DNA of 63,730 nt, filler included, from Lenisia limosa (Eukaryota; Protista; Breviatea), in assembly GCA_001655205.1 (NCBI GenBank). It is 12 parts of 12 records of this genome, joined end to end, with 100 filler letters (N's around TTAATTAATTAA, not from the genome) between each part and the next. Parts side by side here need not be neighbours in the genome. Positions count along the whole stretch, not along the records: positions 53,906 to 56,712 come from LPNZ01003717.1; positions 56,813 to 59,752 come from LPNZ01009637.1; positions 59,853 to 62,356 come from LPNZ01003869.1; positions 62,457 to 63,730 come from LPNZ01008124.1; 8 more parts are not named here. One strand, given 5' to 3'. The notes below the pieces were generated by a model, which made no database searches, was not told where the DNA came from, and saw nothing but the letters and a program-made list of their open reading frames with translations. The position numbers were made by a program, and so were the translations under genes. The stretch's first letter is position 1; every line of letters begins with the position of its first letter. Below are positions 54,012 through 63,730 of the stretch, in pieces.

Positions 54012-56712
54012 TTACTTTTTGGGCTTCTTTTTAGTCGTGGTTTTGGTGGTGTTCGCTCCTTCTTTAAGTAGTCGCTTACGGTTTGCCTCCAAGCTGGCTA
54101 TGTCATCGAAGTTGTCAAAAAGAACCTAAAATTGTCACCATTGACTCCCATTTTGAATGTAAAAAAGATGGCTTCATACCTTCGGCCCGGCAATGGCACC
54201 CATTTCTGTGGAGAATCTCTGATTTCGAGCTTTGTCTTCCTTCAAGTTGTCAACTGTAGTGATTACTTCGTCGCTTCGAAGGGTTACTACACGCTCGCCT
54301 GGCGTAAGGGGAATGAGAGCCATTGGTGTAATATTTTCTGTTATCGGTCCGACTTCTAAAACCTTGGTAACAATGTCGAAGATGGCTTTTGCTGTAACAT
54401 TGGATGCTTCATATTCTTGTGTTGAACAGAGGATTGTTGAAGCTCCAAGAACTTTCTTGAGAGTACTTGGTAAATCATTGCTTAAAAGAGTCGCCATGGA
54501 GGCCATACCTTCCAAAAAATGGTTTCCAGCTCCAATATCGTTCTGAACTCGCTCTTTGGCGGACTGCACCAGTGCGAATTGGAACTGTGTTGAACCGTAG
54601 GGCTGCTTCTCATTCAGCTTTGTGCGGAATTTGGCAACTTCTTTTATCTCAGCTTTGGGTTTGAACTGGGGGAACGGATCAATGCGGAGTGGGGTCATGA
54701 AGGCGGTACCAGGTGGGCTTTCGAGGTTGATCTTGGAATAAAGGCTCTTGAGGAAGGGAGGTGTGACAGCATTCTCACGGTATGGCAGACCAGGGTCATA
54801 AATTGAGCGGTCAATCAAGAAAGGGTTGTGACGTCCAGTCTTCTCGAAACCACAAGCCTTCATCGATGCTGCATAAACATCGGAGTCGACTTCATGAAGG
54901 CTCTCGGAGATAATACCGGCAACGTGGACATCTTTCACATCCCTTAGAAGTCAACATGTAATTTACCATTTCAAAGTATAGAGTCAAATTGGACAATAAA
55001 ATTCTCACAACACCAGGAATGAATTAATACTACAAATTGCGAAGCTGATGCTTACTTATTGCCGTGAACATTTTTAGAATCCTCCACTTTTTGTCTAAGT
55101 TTGTGGTTCACATGTGCATGATGGTATTGGTCACCAACCTATTGAACAATTAGTATCACAAGGTTAGTATGATTACTTAAAGGGTGTGCGCATCAATATT
55201 AATACTCTCACCTGTAGAAAATGAGATGTAAACGCAGGCTCGATGACAACAATGAGGAAGAATTTGTAGAGCGCGAGTGCCAGCACCTGTGGTGTGGAAA
55301 ACAAAAAATGCAACAAATTGACAATCATTCGATTTCAAACAATAGCATACCTCAGCTGAAATATGGATCCGAGCTCCCTCCATAAGAACAAGACCAATGT
55401 GGTCTGGACTGTGGTTAAACTTCTTTGAGATAAACTCCAGAAACTTCAAAACACTCATTGTGGAAAAATACGACGAGCCGTTGCATCCTATGAGTCGGCA
55501 AGAGTTTAATTTGGCAGCTCTAACGGCTTCGAAAAAGGGTTCGTAGATTTGAGGGGCATGGATTCTGAATTTTCCTTGAAATATTTGGCAACTTTGTCAG
55601 AAAACGGGTCTCCACAAGACATAATGGACACATCAATAGGGTCAACAATTGGGGCCTCACGCCCTTCCACATCTTTCATGATGGATTTCCCACCAAGAAT
55701 GATGGTCGCAGAAACATAGTCACCAGCTGCGGTTGTACATGATATGGCAGATCCCATCGGTTCGCCTTTCAGGGTTCTTAAAAACCTAGGACCAAAAGCG
55801 GTTTCATCTGCAAAATAGATATCTGCCGGGTCCATTTCGTATTCAGGGGTACTCTGCTTATAGGCGTCAAACAATTCTTGAATAATTCGTCCGATGTCGA
55901 TGGCATTTTGACCGCTTAATGCTCTTGTTTTCAAGATCTAGACAATCAGAAACTCTCCGACTAAATATGTACAATGTGTATAATATCGAAATAGTAGATA
56001 TAAATATGATAGACATATTAGTTTGTCAAATAATTGAAGTATAGTTTGTATTAGAACACAATGGTAGATGTTTATATATACGGGGTGTGATACAATGCCA
56101 TCATACAAAACAGAACACTAACCTTTTCTAACTCTTTTGACAGTAATTTGACAGACTCTCCTAGAGAATCCTGAGCTTTTTTCCAATAATGTTGCTCATA
56201 CGAAGTAGCTGATGTGTTGTAATACTCCAAAGCTGAATGGTTAATAATGAAATTGAGATGTTTGATGTTTTTTTGTTGTACAAATGAATACAATACAGGT
56301 TCGATTTTACTCACCTTCATCAAATCTTTCAATCTGAAAGAAGCTAGCAGCATTCAAAAGATGAGCAATTTGGGCATTTTTTGCCATTGTCATTCCGTAA
56401 GCTCCGTATGCAGCTTTTCTCTTTGCCTTATCTGATTTGGCAGCACCAACAGCTGTTGCTATCTCAGCAACAATATTATGTCCTGCATTTACTCCTTGAG
56501 ATTGACGGACGCTGCAATCAGGCTAAAATAGAATGAGAATTAACTTTCACTTAAATAATAATATTTATATTCTACAAATTTAGAATATAATTCAGCTCTC
56601 AAAGTATTCAATCTTGAAGGTTTAGTTTATAGATATCAAAACTAACCTGGGTATGTGAGAATCTTGGAGCATCCATATCTTTTCTTTCAGTATTGAATAG
56701 TTTCTTAATTTT
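54012..56712 (-). CDS. pogo/Fot1-like (DDE_1) transposase-derived protein, about 8 introns, 5' end possibly off scaffold
   Basis: DPADIYFADETAF (cf. pogo IYNxDETG), SCTTAAGDYVSATIILGGK (cf. C.xAxG..xPPxxIxKGK), GCNGSSYF, LVLMEGARIH, EPAFTSHFLQ|VGD (cf. PxHTSHxLQPLD), ASMKACGF and a basic C-terminal tail ending KKKPKK*. Confidence 0.75.
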
Positions 56713-56812
56713 NNNNNNNNNNNNNNNNNNNNNNNNNNNNNNNNNNNNNNNNNNNNTTAATTAATTAANNNNNNNNNNNNNNNNNNNNNNNNNNNNNNNN
56801 NNNNNNNNNNNN
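56713..56812. other. Artificial scaffold spacer 9
   Basis: Same 100-bp structure. Confidence 0.97.
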
Positions 56813-56989
56813 CTCCCCACATGCAGGCACTGGACTCCATTGCCTTTCTTATCTGGCCCCACACCCATCACGCTTATTAGAGAAATTGAATTATAGCAAA
56901 ATACTAATTTCACGCATTTGCTTTACAATTATCAAATGGATCCCCCCCCCTCACTTTCTACAGTCTTCATAATGCAATGCAAGAGTCAC

Positions 56990-58645
56990 TTTAAGTCCCC
57001 CCACTTTACACAGTCATCATGACCGGAGAGTGCAGCATAGTGCAAAGCTGACGTCCCGTTGTTATCAACTTTCCCGTGTTCAGCGCCGAAGTGCAGCATT
57101 ACTCCTTGGGGGGGGGGGGGTAAAATTGGAAAATTTTTGAAACAAAAAGGCCTAAATAAAACGAAGGAAATTTCGNNNNNNNNNNNNNNNNNNNNNNNNN
57201 NNNNNNNNNNNNNNNNNNNNNNNNNNNNNNNNNNNNNNNNNNNNNNNNNNNNNNNNNNNNNNNNNNNNNNNNNNNNNNNNNNNNNNNNNNNNNNNNNNNN
57301 NNNNNNNNNNNNNNNNNNNNNNNNNNNNNNNNNNNNNNNNNNNNNNNNNNNNNNNNNNNNNNNNNNNNNNNNNNNNNNNNNNNNNNNNNNNNNNNNNNNN
57401 NNNNNNNNNNNNNNNNNNNNNTCTTACAACCCCCAGAATATTTTAATTATTCCAAAATCCAACCCCCAGAATATATTAATTATCCCTCTCCCCCAACTAA
57501 GAGGTAACGTGTGTCCCATAGAAGACGCATAGTGCAAGGGGGTGGTACCGTTTTTGTCTGCAATGTTTGGGCTGGCCTGGGGGGATTATACAATAAACTA
57601 TTATCTCTTATTTGGACTTTATTTTGTTTCATAAATTGTCCGATTTTACCCCCCTCCCCACGCCGGCTTCGATGAGGGCCAAAGCGGTGTAGTTGTGGCC
57701 ATGTCCGGCAGCAAGATGAAGCGGCGTATGCCCAAGGTTCTGAACCGCCTCAATTGTTTCGTGTGACTTCTGTAGGATAGCTTCTACAATCTCCTTTTCA
57801 CCCTAGAGTGATGAGAACATATAATACACTGAAACCGCGATAAGTCCTGATACGTTTGGCTCAAGAAAAAGTTCAATATCCATATTATCAGGACTTATCG
57901 CGATCGCAATCATTGTCAGACAGTTTGGGACTTCATCGGACTAATTAACCCTGTATGCAAACACATAATAAAAAAGACACGGATTAGTATGGAAAATACA
58001 GTAACAAGTCTATTCTACTATGATAAAAAGCAATGAGAAATAAAAAACAAGGTTGTAATTGAAGTAGAGAATATTAATATTAATTCACCCAATCATTTGC
58101 ATTACAACTCTGTGCCAGCTTTCTGCGTGCCTCCCCAGCATACAAAATACGATAAAAANNNNNNNNNNNNNNNNNNNNNNNNNNNNNNNNNNNNNNNNNN
58201 NNNNNNNNNNNNNNNNNNNNNNNNNNNNNNNNNNNNNNNNNNNNNNNNNNNNNNNNNNNNNNNNNNNNNNNNNNNNNNNNNNNNNNNNNNCATAACGCAA
58301 CACTCACCCATTCAGGACCAAGTCCAGGAAATAGAGAAGATGTGTAATATAATACAAAAAAAAAAGTCACCCCCCCCCACCTGACTAGCTGCAAGATGAA
58401 GCGCTGTATGTCCACTCGGGTCCTGAAAAGTGACACACATTTGTTTATAAGCTATTAATCCACGCAACGATAGGAGAATATAAAATATTCAAAATCGTCA
58501 CACTTTCTCAAAACCGGCAGAGTTTTGGGCTGGGAGCAAATATATTCCCCTCCCACAGTAAGAGACAAGTCACAATCTGACTGAATCAGTAGAAGGGCAC
58601 AAGTCCTTTGCTTCTCAATAATTGCCACCATCAGTGATGTCATGC
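56990..58645 (-). CDS. Ankyrin-repeat protein, partial
   Basis: GMTSLMVAI...LLI..DCDL, DPSGHTALHLAA, LGHTPLHLAAGHGH...LIEAG|ASPNIADKNGTTPLHYASSMGH and VDNNGTSALHYAALSGHDDCVK. Confidence 0.9.
57105..57175 (-). repeat. Family C repeat forming the 3' end of an ankyrin-gene intron
   Basis: Minus strand: GGCCTTTTTGTTTCAAAAATTTTCCAATTTTAC-C15-AAG|exon. Confidence 0.85.
57577..57661 (+). repeat. Antisense family C-like copy coextensive with an 85-nt ankyrin-gene intron
   Basis: Plus strand: CTGGCCTGGG...TTTGTTTCATAAATTGTCCGATTTTACCCCCCTCCCCAC. On the gene strand this reads GTGGGGAGGGGG...CCCCCCAG. Confidence 0.7.
57825..57905. mobile_element. MITE family B2 copy (intronic)
   Basis: TACACTGAAACCGCGATAAGTCCTGATA / TATCAGGACTTATCGCG. 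Confidence 0.7.
58036..58140 (-). repeat. Family D/E copy
   Basis: Arm start AGAAATAAAAAACAAGGTTGTA plus the reverse internal segment. Confidence 0.75.
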
Positions 58646-58785
58646 CTATGGAGAGTAAAAATGGAATATTTCTGAAACAAAACAAAAACCAACACATGAA
58701 TGTTGGTAACAACAACACAAACAAATCCCAGGCCAGTTGCTTCTGCAGCGTACGGGGGCAGTGCAAATGGACAGCCCCCCCCCCC
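58646..58785 (-). repeat. Family C repeat, near full length, forming the 3' end of an ankyrin-gene intron
   Basis: Minus strand: G-run-CTG...GCTGCAGAAGCAACTGGCCTGGG...TTTTTACTCTCCATAG|exon. Confidence 0.85.
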
Positions 58786-59046
58786 NNNNNNNNNNNNNNN
58801 NNNNNNNNNNNNNNNNNNNNNNNNNNNNNNNNNNNNNNNNNNNNNNNNNNNNNNNNNNNNNNNNNNNNNNNNNNNNNNNNNNNNNNNNNNAATGTCGCAA
58901 TAGCTACAAGGTAACAACGAAGCCTCAACGTTACACGACAGAGAGTGCGATGAGTTTATTTTTGAAAAAGAGAAATAATATACTACATACATGAGAAATC
59001 TGGGGAAATAAACTCACGTTTAGTGTTTATATGATTACCGTCAAGA

Positions 59047-59122
59047 TACAGTGACCGGGATAAGTCTTGTCCTATTTTCCTTGAAAAAAAAAAAACGGTC
59101 AAGACTTTTCCCATTCACTGTA
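59047..59122. mobile_element. MITE family B1 copy
   Basis: TACAGTGACCGGGATAAGTCTTG / CAAGACTTTTCCCATTCACTGTA. Confidence 0.85.
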
Positions 59123-59182
59123 AATGATCTATATAATCTTAAATGTGTACAATACCAATGATTGGGCAATTTAATAGCGATA

Positions 59183-59390
59183 AGAAATAATAAGGCAGTA
59201 TCTGGCCGAAGCCGTCCACACCACCATGCTTATAAGAGATATTATATGATAATATTAAATATCATACATATATAATTATTTGCCTTGCCTCCCCAGCAAA
59301 AAAATAAATATTATACAATAATAATCCAATATCTCTTATCAGCGTTATGGTATGAAAGACTTCGGCCAGATACAACCGTGTTTTATTTCT
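59183..59390. mobile_element. Family D/E element with both inverted arms (about 208 bp MITE)
   Basis: AGAAATAA...TATCTGGCCGAAG...ATAAGAGATATT / AATATCTCTTAT...CTTCGGCCAGATA...TTATTTCT. Confidence 0.8.
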
Positions 59391-59752
59391 AACTTCTACA
59401 TATTATTACAAAAGGCTTCAGCAAGATGCTGCCTTGTTATATTTCCTATTTTTACAAAATATTATTACAAACAAAAATGTCAAAATTGCAAAAAACGATC
59501 AGCGAAGCAGTACAAAACAAATAAAGATGAGTTACTCTTTCGGATCTAAAAGATACGTAAATTCTCGATATTTTTCGAGACGTTACTGCACTGAGGTAGG
59601 TGTCATTTTATTCACAATCCATGAAAAAATGGTACACTTCTGTGTGGTACAACCGAATTGAAATGTTATTGGAAAGTTGTAACGGGGAATTTACTTAAAA
59701 TGTGAGTGTAAAAAGGGAATTTTTTTTGAGCACAGTTGCGAATTGGACGAGA

Positions 59753-59852
59753 NNNNNNNNNNNNNNNNNNNNNNNNNNNNNNNNNNNNNNNNNNNNTTAA
59801 TTAATTAANNNNNNNNNNNNNNNNNNNNNNNNNNNNNNNNNNNNNNNNNNNN
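59753..59852. other. Artificial scaffold spacer 10
   Basis: Same 100-bp structure. Confidence 0.97.
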
Positions 59853-59866
59853 CCCCCCCCCCCCAG

Positions 59867-59989
59867 GCTGCTGTTTCTGCCAGTCAGCAGGAGTGGAGCC
59901 GAATGAAGGACAACAGAATCTGCAGCATCCTGTTGACAAGACGCTACGCTGAGGACGCTGTCGCCTCTGCGTTGGCCATGTTGTTGTAG
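59867..59989 (+). CDS. Terminal exon of an unknown gene
   Basis: C-run plus AG acceptor, then AAVSASQQEWSRMKDNRICSILLTRRYAEDAVASALAMLL*. Confidence 0.35.
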   Translation, partial: AAVSASQQEWSRMKDNRICSILLTRRYAEDAVASALAMLL

Positions 59990-60012
59990 ACGTCCAATGT
60001 ATTTATTATTGA

Positions 60013-60089
60013 TAGGGCTCCCCCGACCCCACAAAAGATTGAATTTCTCGATAAATTCTCGAAATTGTAACGGTCTTTGTCGGGCCCTA
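60013..60089. mobile_element. MITE family A copy, internally deleted
   Basis: TAGGGC...GCCCTA ends around the family core. Confidence 0.7.
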
Positions 60090-60195
60090 ATTATTGGACA
60101 ATAACCAAGATGTGTCTTTGTAGCTACTACCCCGCCTCGGACTGTGAAGACAATTCATAGAAACAAAAAAAAAATACACACAGCTGGAAACAGAA

Positions 60196-62356
60196 TTACT
60201 CTTCCTTCTCAATTACCTCAACCTAAAAGATCAGAAAAGAATATGAACATCTCTGCTTTGAAACAGAGGGAAAATCACCAACTCACAACAGTATCCTTGA
60301 CCATAACAGGAGTCTCAGTTTCAATAATCTCGGGCTCAACAACCTTGACTTCTTCAACCTGAGTGACAATTTCAACCTTCTCCTCTTCCTTCTTCTCGGC
60401 AACCTCAACCTTCTTCTCTTCGTCCTCAACCTTACCGGGCTCAGCCTCCACGGGGGCAGCTTCTGACTCTACGTCGTCAAGAAAGGAAAAGATTTCCCTA
60501 CGGTCCGAAAAAGACCATCATCACAATATCTATATTTATCAAGAATTTATCGGGAAAATTCAGTCTTGCTTGGGACCGTAGGGAAGCACTAGTTATACAC
60601 ATCACTGAGAACCCCCCTTAACTGGAACGGGATTTTTTATAATACCCCCCCCCCCCNNNNNNNNNNNNNNNNNNNNNNNNNNNNNNNNNNNNNNNNNNNN
60701 NNTAGAAGGTGCAGGATGTCTGGAAGAGTGCTATCCATTGGTGCTAAAACTTAGCGGACCAAGAAGTTGGGCTTCAATTCGGTTCGAAAAAAAGACTGAT
60801 TTCTCCATAAATCCTCGAAAACCATCGATATTTTCCCGAATCGAAGTGAAGCCCTAGTTACAAGGACAAGCCTACCTCCTGGGGGGCAACCTCAGTGACC
60901 TCAGCTTCTATGACCTTCTCCTCAGGCACAACCTCCTCAACGACTGGAGGGGGGGGGGGTNNNNNNNNNNNNNNNNNNNNNNNNNNNNNNNNNNNNNNNN
61001 NNNNNNNNNNNNNNNNNNNNNNNNNNNNNNNNNNNNNNNNNNNNNNNNNNNNNNNNNNNNNNNNNNNNNNNNNNNNNNNNNNNNNNNNNNNNNNNNNNNN
61101 NNNNNNNNNNNNNNNTGAGAAGGGAATTAGGAATATCGAGTGAGCACCACGAAATGAGGATCCAGAGCGAAAAAGTTGAAAGCTTCCAGGGTAAGGAAGG
61201 GACTAATTATCTGAGAATATCATGGGTAAGTGCATTGCAAGTCTTGCAGATTGCCGATAAGAACACCCTCAGTTAGTATGGTGTCCAAGCTTATAAGACG
61301 AAGCCCCCCTCCCCCTCACTAAGCTCTGGCTCAATCTTCTCAATCTTCTCAACCACAGCAACCTCCTTCACTTCTTCAACCTGATATTATGAGTGTGAGA
61401 AAGGAATTGACCGGGTTGGAACGGTGTAAGTTTGGAAAAAACAGTGAATTGATATATATTTACAGTGACCGGGATCAGATAATTCCCCAAGGAAATTGGT
61501 CAAGACTTATCTCGGTCACTGTTCATTTCTTTCAAAAAGCTGCCCATCCCTCCCACAACGTTGTGCATTTCCTTGGCAGGAGGAGCAGCCTTCTGAGCCT
61601 TGAGTTGTTCGAAGCTCAGTGACTGGNNNNNNNNNNNNNNNNNNNNNNNNNNNNNNNNNNNNNNNNNNNNNNNNNNNNNNNNNNNNNNNNNNNNNNNNNN
61701 NNNNNNNNNNNNNNNNNNNNNNNNNNNNNNTAGTACCCGCCCTCACCTCGCTCCAGGGAGATGTGGTGAAGCCGTTCTGGTACAGGAAGTAGCGCTTTGT
61801 TGACTCGAAAGCAAGGAACATGAGACCAGCGTAAGGGGCAACCTGGGGGAGGGAGTCAAGAAAAACACAATTAAAAAATGGGAAACCATAAAGTAAGTAG
61901 GGGACAAAAAATGAAACAACAAAAAACCTCTCGGCCTTTGTTACCTAGGGTTTGAAAACACCAAAAAAGCTGAGCCACTAGAGACCGGGTAGGGATGGAC
62001 AGACAGGAACAAGTTAGCATATGCGGGTAGTAGCAAAACCGCAAACCTTAGCAAGGTTGGCAAAAGTTCCACGCCAGAGGCCGAGAACACCATTCTTCTG
62101 GATAGTCTGCAGGATGAAGTAAATCCACGGAATTTTGATGAAAAATGCAAAGGTACTCATCACTATCCAAACAATCTAAAATTCAAAAGAAAATAAATTA
62201 AAGCACTTATACACTGACCAAGATAAACACAATGGCCATTGAAATGGAGAGAAGAAAAAATCGAAAAATTCACAACTCTGTCAAGACTGGCATTTCAGCC
62301 CACCTGTCTGAAACAATCAATCATGCCGTTGAAGTGAACATCCGTTTTGGTGACGT
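60196..62356 (-). CDS. Mitochondrial carrier (SLC25) repeat followed by a long E/V/K-rich tail, partial
   Basis: HFNGMIDCFRQ|TIQKNGVLGLWRGTFANLAK|VAPYAGLMFLAFESTKRYF is a carrier-repeat signature. Phase-compatible downstream exons give SLSFEQLKAQK..., VEEVKEVAVVEK..., ...VEVIEKEE*. Confidence 0.7.
60491..60591. mobile_element. MITE family A copy (intronic)
   Basis: TTCCCTACGGTCC / GGACCGTAGGGAA arms. Confidence 0.8.
60767..60856. mobile_element. MITE family A copy (intronic)
   Basis: GGGCTTCAATTCGGTTCG / CGAATCGAAGTGAAGCCCTA arms. Confidence 0.8.
61461..61522. mobile_element. MITE family B1 copy, deleted (intronic)
   Basis: TACAGTGACCGGGAT / ATCTCGGTCACTGT. Confidence 0.8.
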
Positions 62357-62456
62357 NNNNNNNNNNNNNNNNNNNNNNNNNNNNNNNNNNNNNNNNNNNN
62401 TTAATTAATTAANNNNNNNNNNNNNNNNNNNNNNNNNNNNNNNNNNNNNNNNNNNN
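62357..62456. other. Artificial scaffold spacer 11
   Basis: Same 100-bp structure. Confidence 0.97.
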
Positions 62457-62569
62457 GAAAAAAAAAAAAGTTTACCCATGTCCAAGTGATATTGATCATA
62501 TGGCCGACTTGTCAATCAAAATGATGAACGAAGATAACACGAGTTGATATGAGGTATCATATCACGGGG

Positions 62570-63413
62570 TGGAAAACAACAGTGAACACGTATGAAAATG
62601 ATCCAAAAAGTGATGCTCCTTATTCAAGTCCAACCCTAGAAATAAAATTCCAAGTCAACCCCAGAAGAAATGATCCATATTCCTGGCAAATCCTTGAAAA
62701 AAAAGATGTTTCTTCCCTAGCCCTTAAAAAAGATATTCTAAGCCCACCCGGTGAGGAAGATGCTTCGGATTCCTCTGCCTCCGATTTCGGGGTAACCACG
62801 CATTTCGGGCAGGGCTCGGCCGAATCCGTACCGCAGGTACATGGGGGCTGAAGGGTGATGTATAGAGAGAGAGGGGGAGGGGAGACAATTGGAAAATATA
62901 TGTATATATTGATAACTAAAACAAAAGCCCAAAATCAACTCTGTTGGCTGACAACACACGAGGGTTGATAACAACAAAACAATCTAAGCCCAGGCCAGTT
63001 GCTTCTGCAGCCCCCCCCCCTGGATTACCGTGAACTCAAGCTGCTCTTGGTCTTGGCTATCATCAATGTTCTCGGATAGGAAGAGCTGGGTGTGAGTAAG
63101 GCTTTACTTCGGTTCGAAAAAGACCGGTAAAATATTGATATTTAGAGAGAAATTCCGTCTTTTTGGGAGCGTAGGGAAACCTAGTTAACGTTGAGACGAA
63201 GAAAAAGAAAAAAAAAAAGAGAGAGGAAAAGTATGAAATTATAGCACAGAAAAATGGTTTGCCAGTACCTTAAGCAATACCTATCCACCCTATATCTGCC
63301 ACCCTAAACAACCAATACCCACCCCCACCTTAACCGAGGTTTTAGTGACGATCCGCTGGCCTTGCGATTTCGACGTTTTGAAAGGGGTGCCAGGAGACGA
63401 CTTTGCTGAGTGG
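62570..63413 (+). CDS. Exon fragments of an unknown gene
   Basis: Open segment 62549-62836 ending at a GTACAT donor, and exon TIRWPCDFDVLKGVPGDDFAEW. Confidence 0.3.
62872..63020 (-). repeat. Family C repeat, full length, with G-run and C-run ends
   Basis: Minus strand: G10-CTGCAGAAGCAACTGGCCTGGG...CCAACAGAGTTGATTTTGGGC...TTTTCCAATTGTCTCCCCTCCCCC. Confidence 0.9.
63097..63183. mobile_element. MITE family A copy with mixed TIR types
   Basis: Left arm is CTTCGGTTCG-type; right arm is GTAGGGAA-type. Confidence 0.75.
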
Positions 63414-63552
63414 NNNNNNNNNNNNNNNNNNNNNNNNNNNNNNNNNNNNNNNNNNNNNNNNNNNNNNNNNNNNNNNNNNNNNNNNNNNNNNNNNNNNNNN
63501 NNNNNNNNNNNNNNNNNNNNNNNNNNNNNNNNNNNNNNNNNNNNNNNNNATA

Positions 63553-63627
63553 TACAGTGACCGGGATAAGTCTCGACCCATTTGCTTTGTAATTTCCAAT
63601 CAATCAAGACTTATCCCGGTCACTGTA
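63553..63627. mobile_element. MITE family B1 copy
   Basis: TACAGTGACCGGGATAAGTC / GACTTATCCCGGTCACTGTA, perfect 20-bp arms. Confidence 0.9.
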
Positions 63628-63730
63628 TATTAAGTGTAAGGCTATATAATATAGTATATGTAGTATATAGTATAGGTGAGTGCACACGACCGCGACCTGT
63701 AACATAACCGCGACCGCTTTTCAAATTTTG

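Overview
This is not a contiguous locus. It is a pseudo-molecule of 12 small eukaryotic scaffolds (about 1.3-11 kb) joined by 11 artificial 100-bp spacers (44 N + TTAATTAATTAA + 44 N), so gene adjacency across spacers is meaningless. The DNA is AT-rich, gene-dense and very intron-rich, uses the standard code, and looks like a unicellular eukaryote; I cannot name the organism. The ORF track mostly shows exon fragments, so genes were rebuilt by hand from GT-AG junctions and protein motifs. Well supported genes: alpha-tubulin (10 introns), fibrillarin, RME-8/DNAJC13 (partial), a SET/NAP-family histone chaperone, tRNA-Arg(CCT), a kelch-containing acyl-CoA-binding protein, an ATP-grasp ligase, a dual-specificity phosphatase, an ankyrin-repeat protein, HRDC- and CS-domain proteins, and a mitochondrial carrier with a long E/V/K-rich tail. 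One scaffold is almost entirely an 8-intron pogo/Fot1-type (DDE_1) transposase-derived gene with a D-E-D triad. Introns carry several MITE-like families. The most unusual signal is a roughly 120-150 bp repeat (family C) bounded by G- and C-runs. In sense orientation it repeatedly abuts 3' splice sites, and in antisense orientation it supplies a 5' splice site, making it an Introner-like candidate. It comes with G-run/C-run complementary intron ends and many AAG/GAG acceptors.
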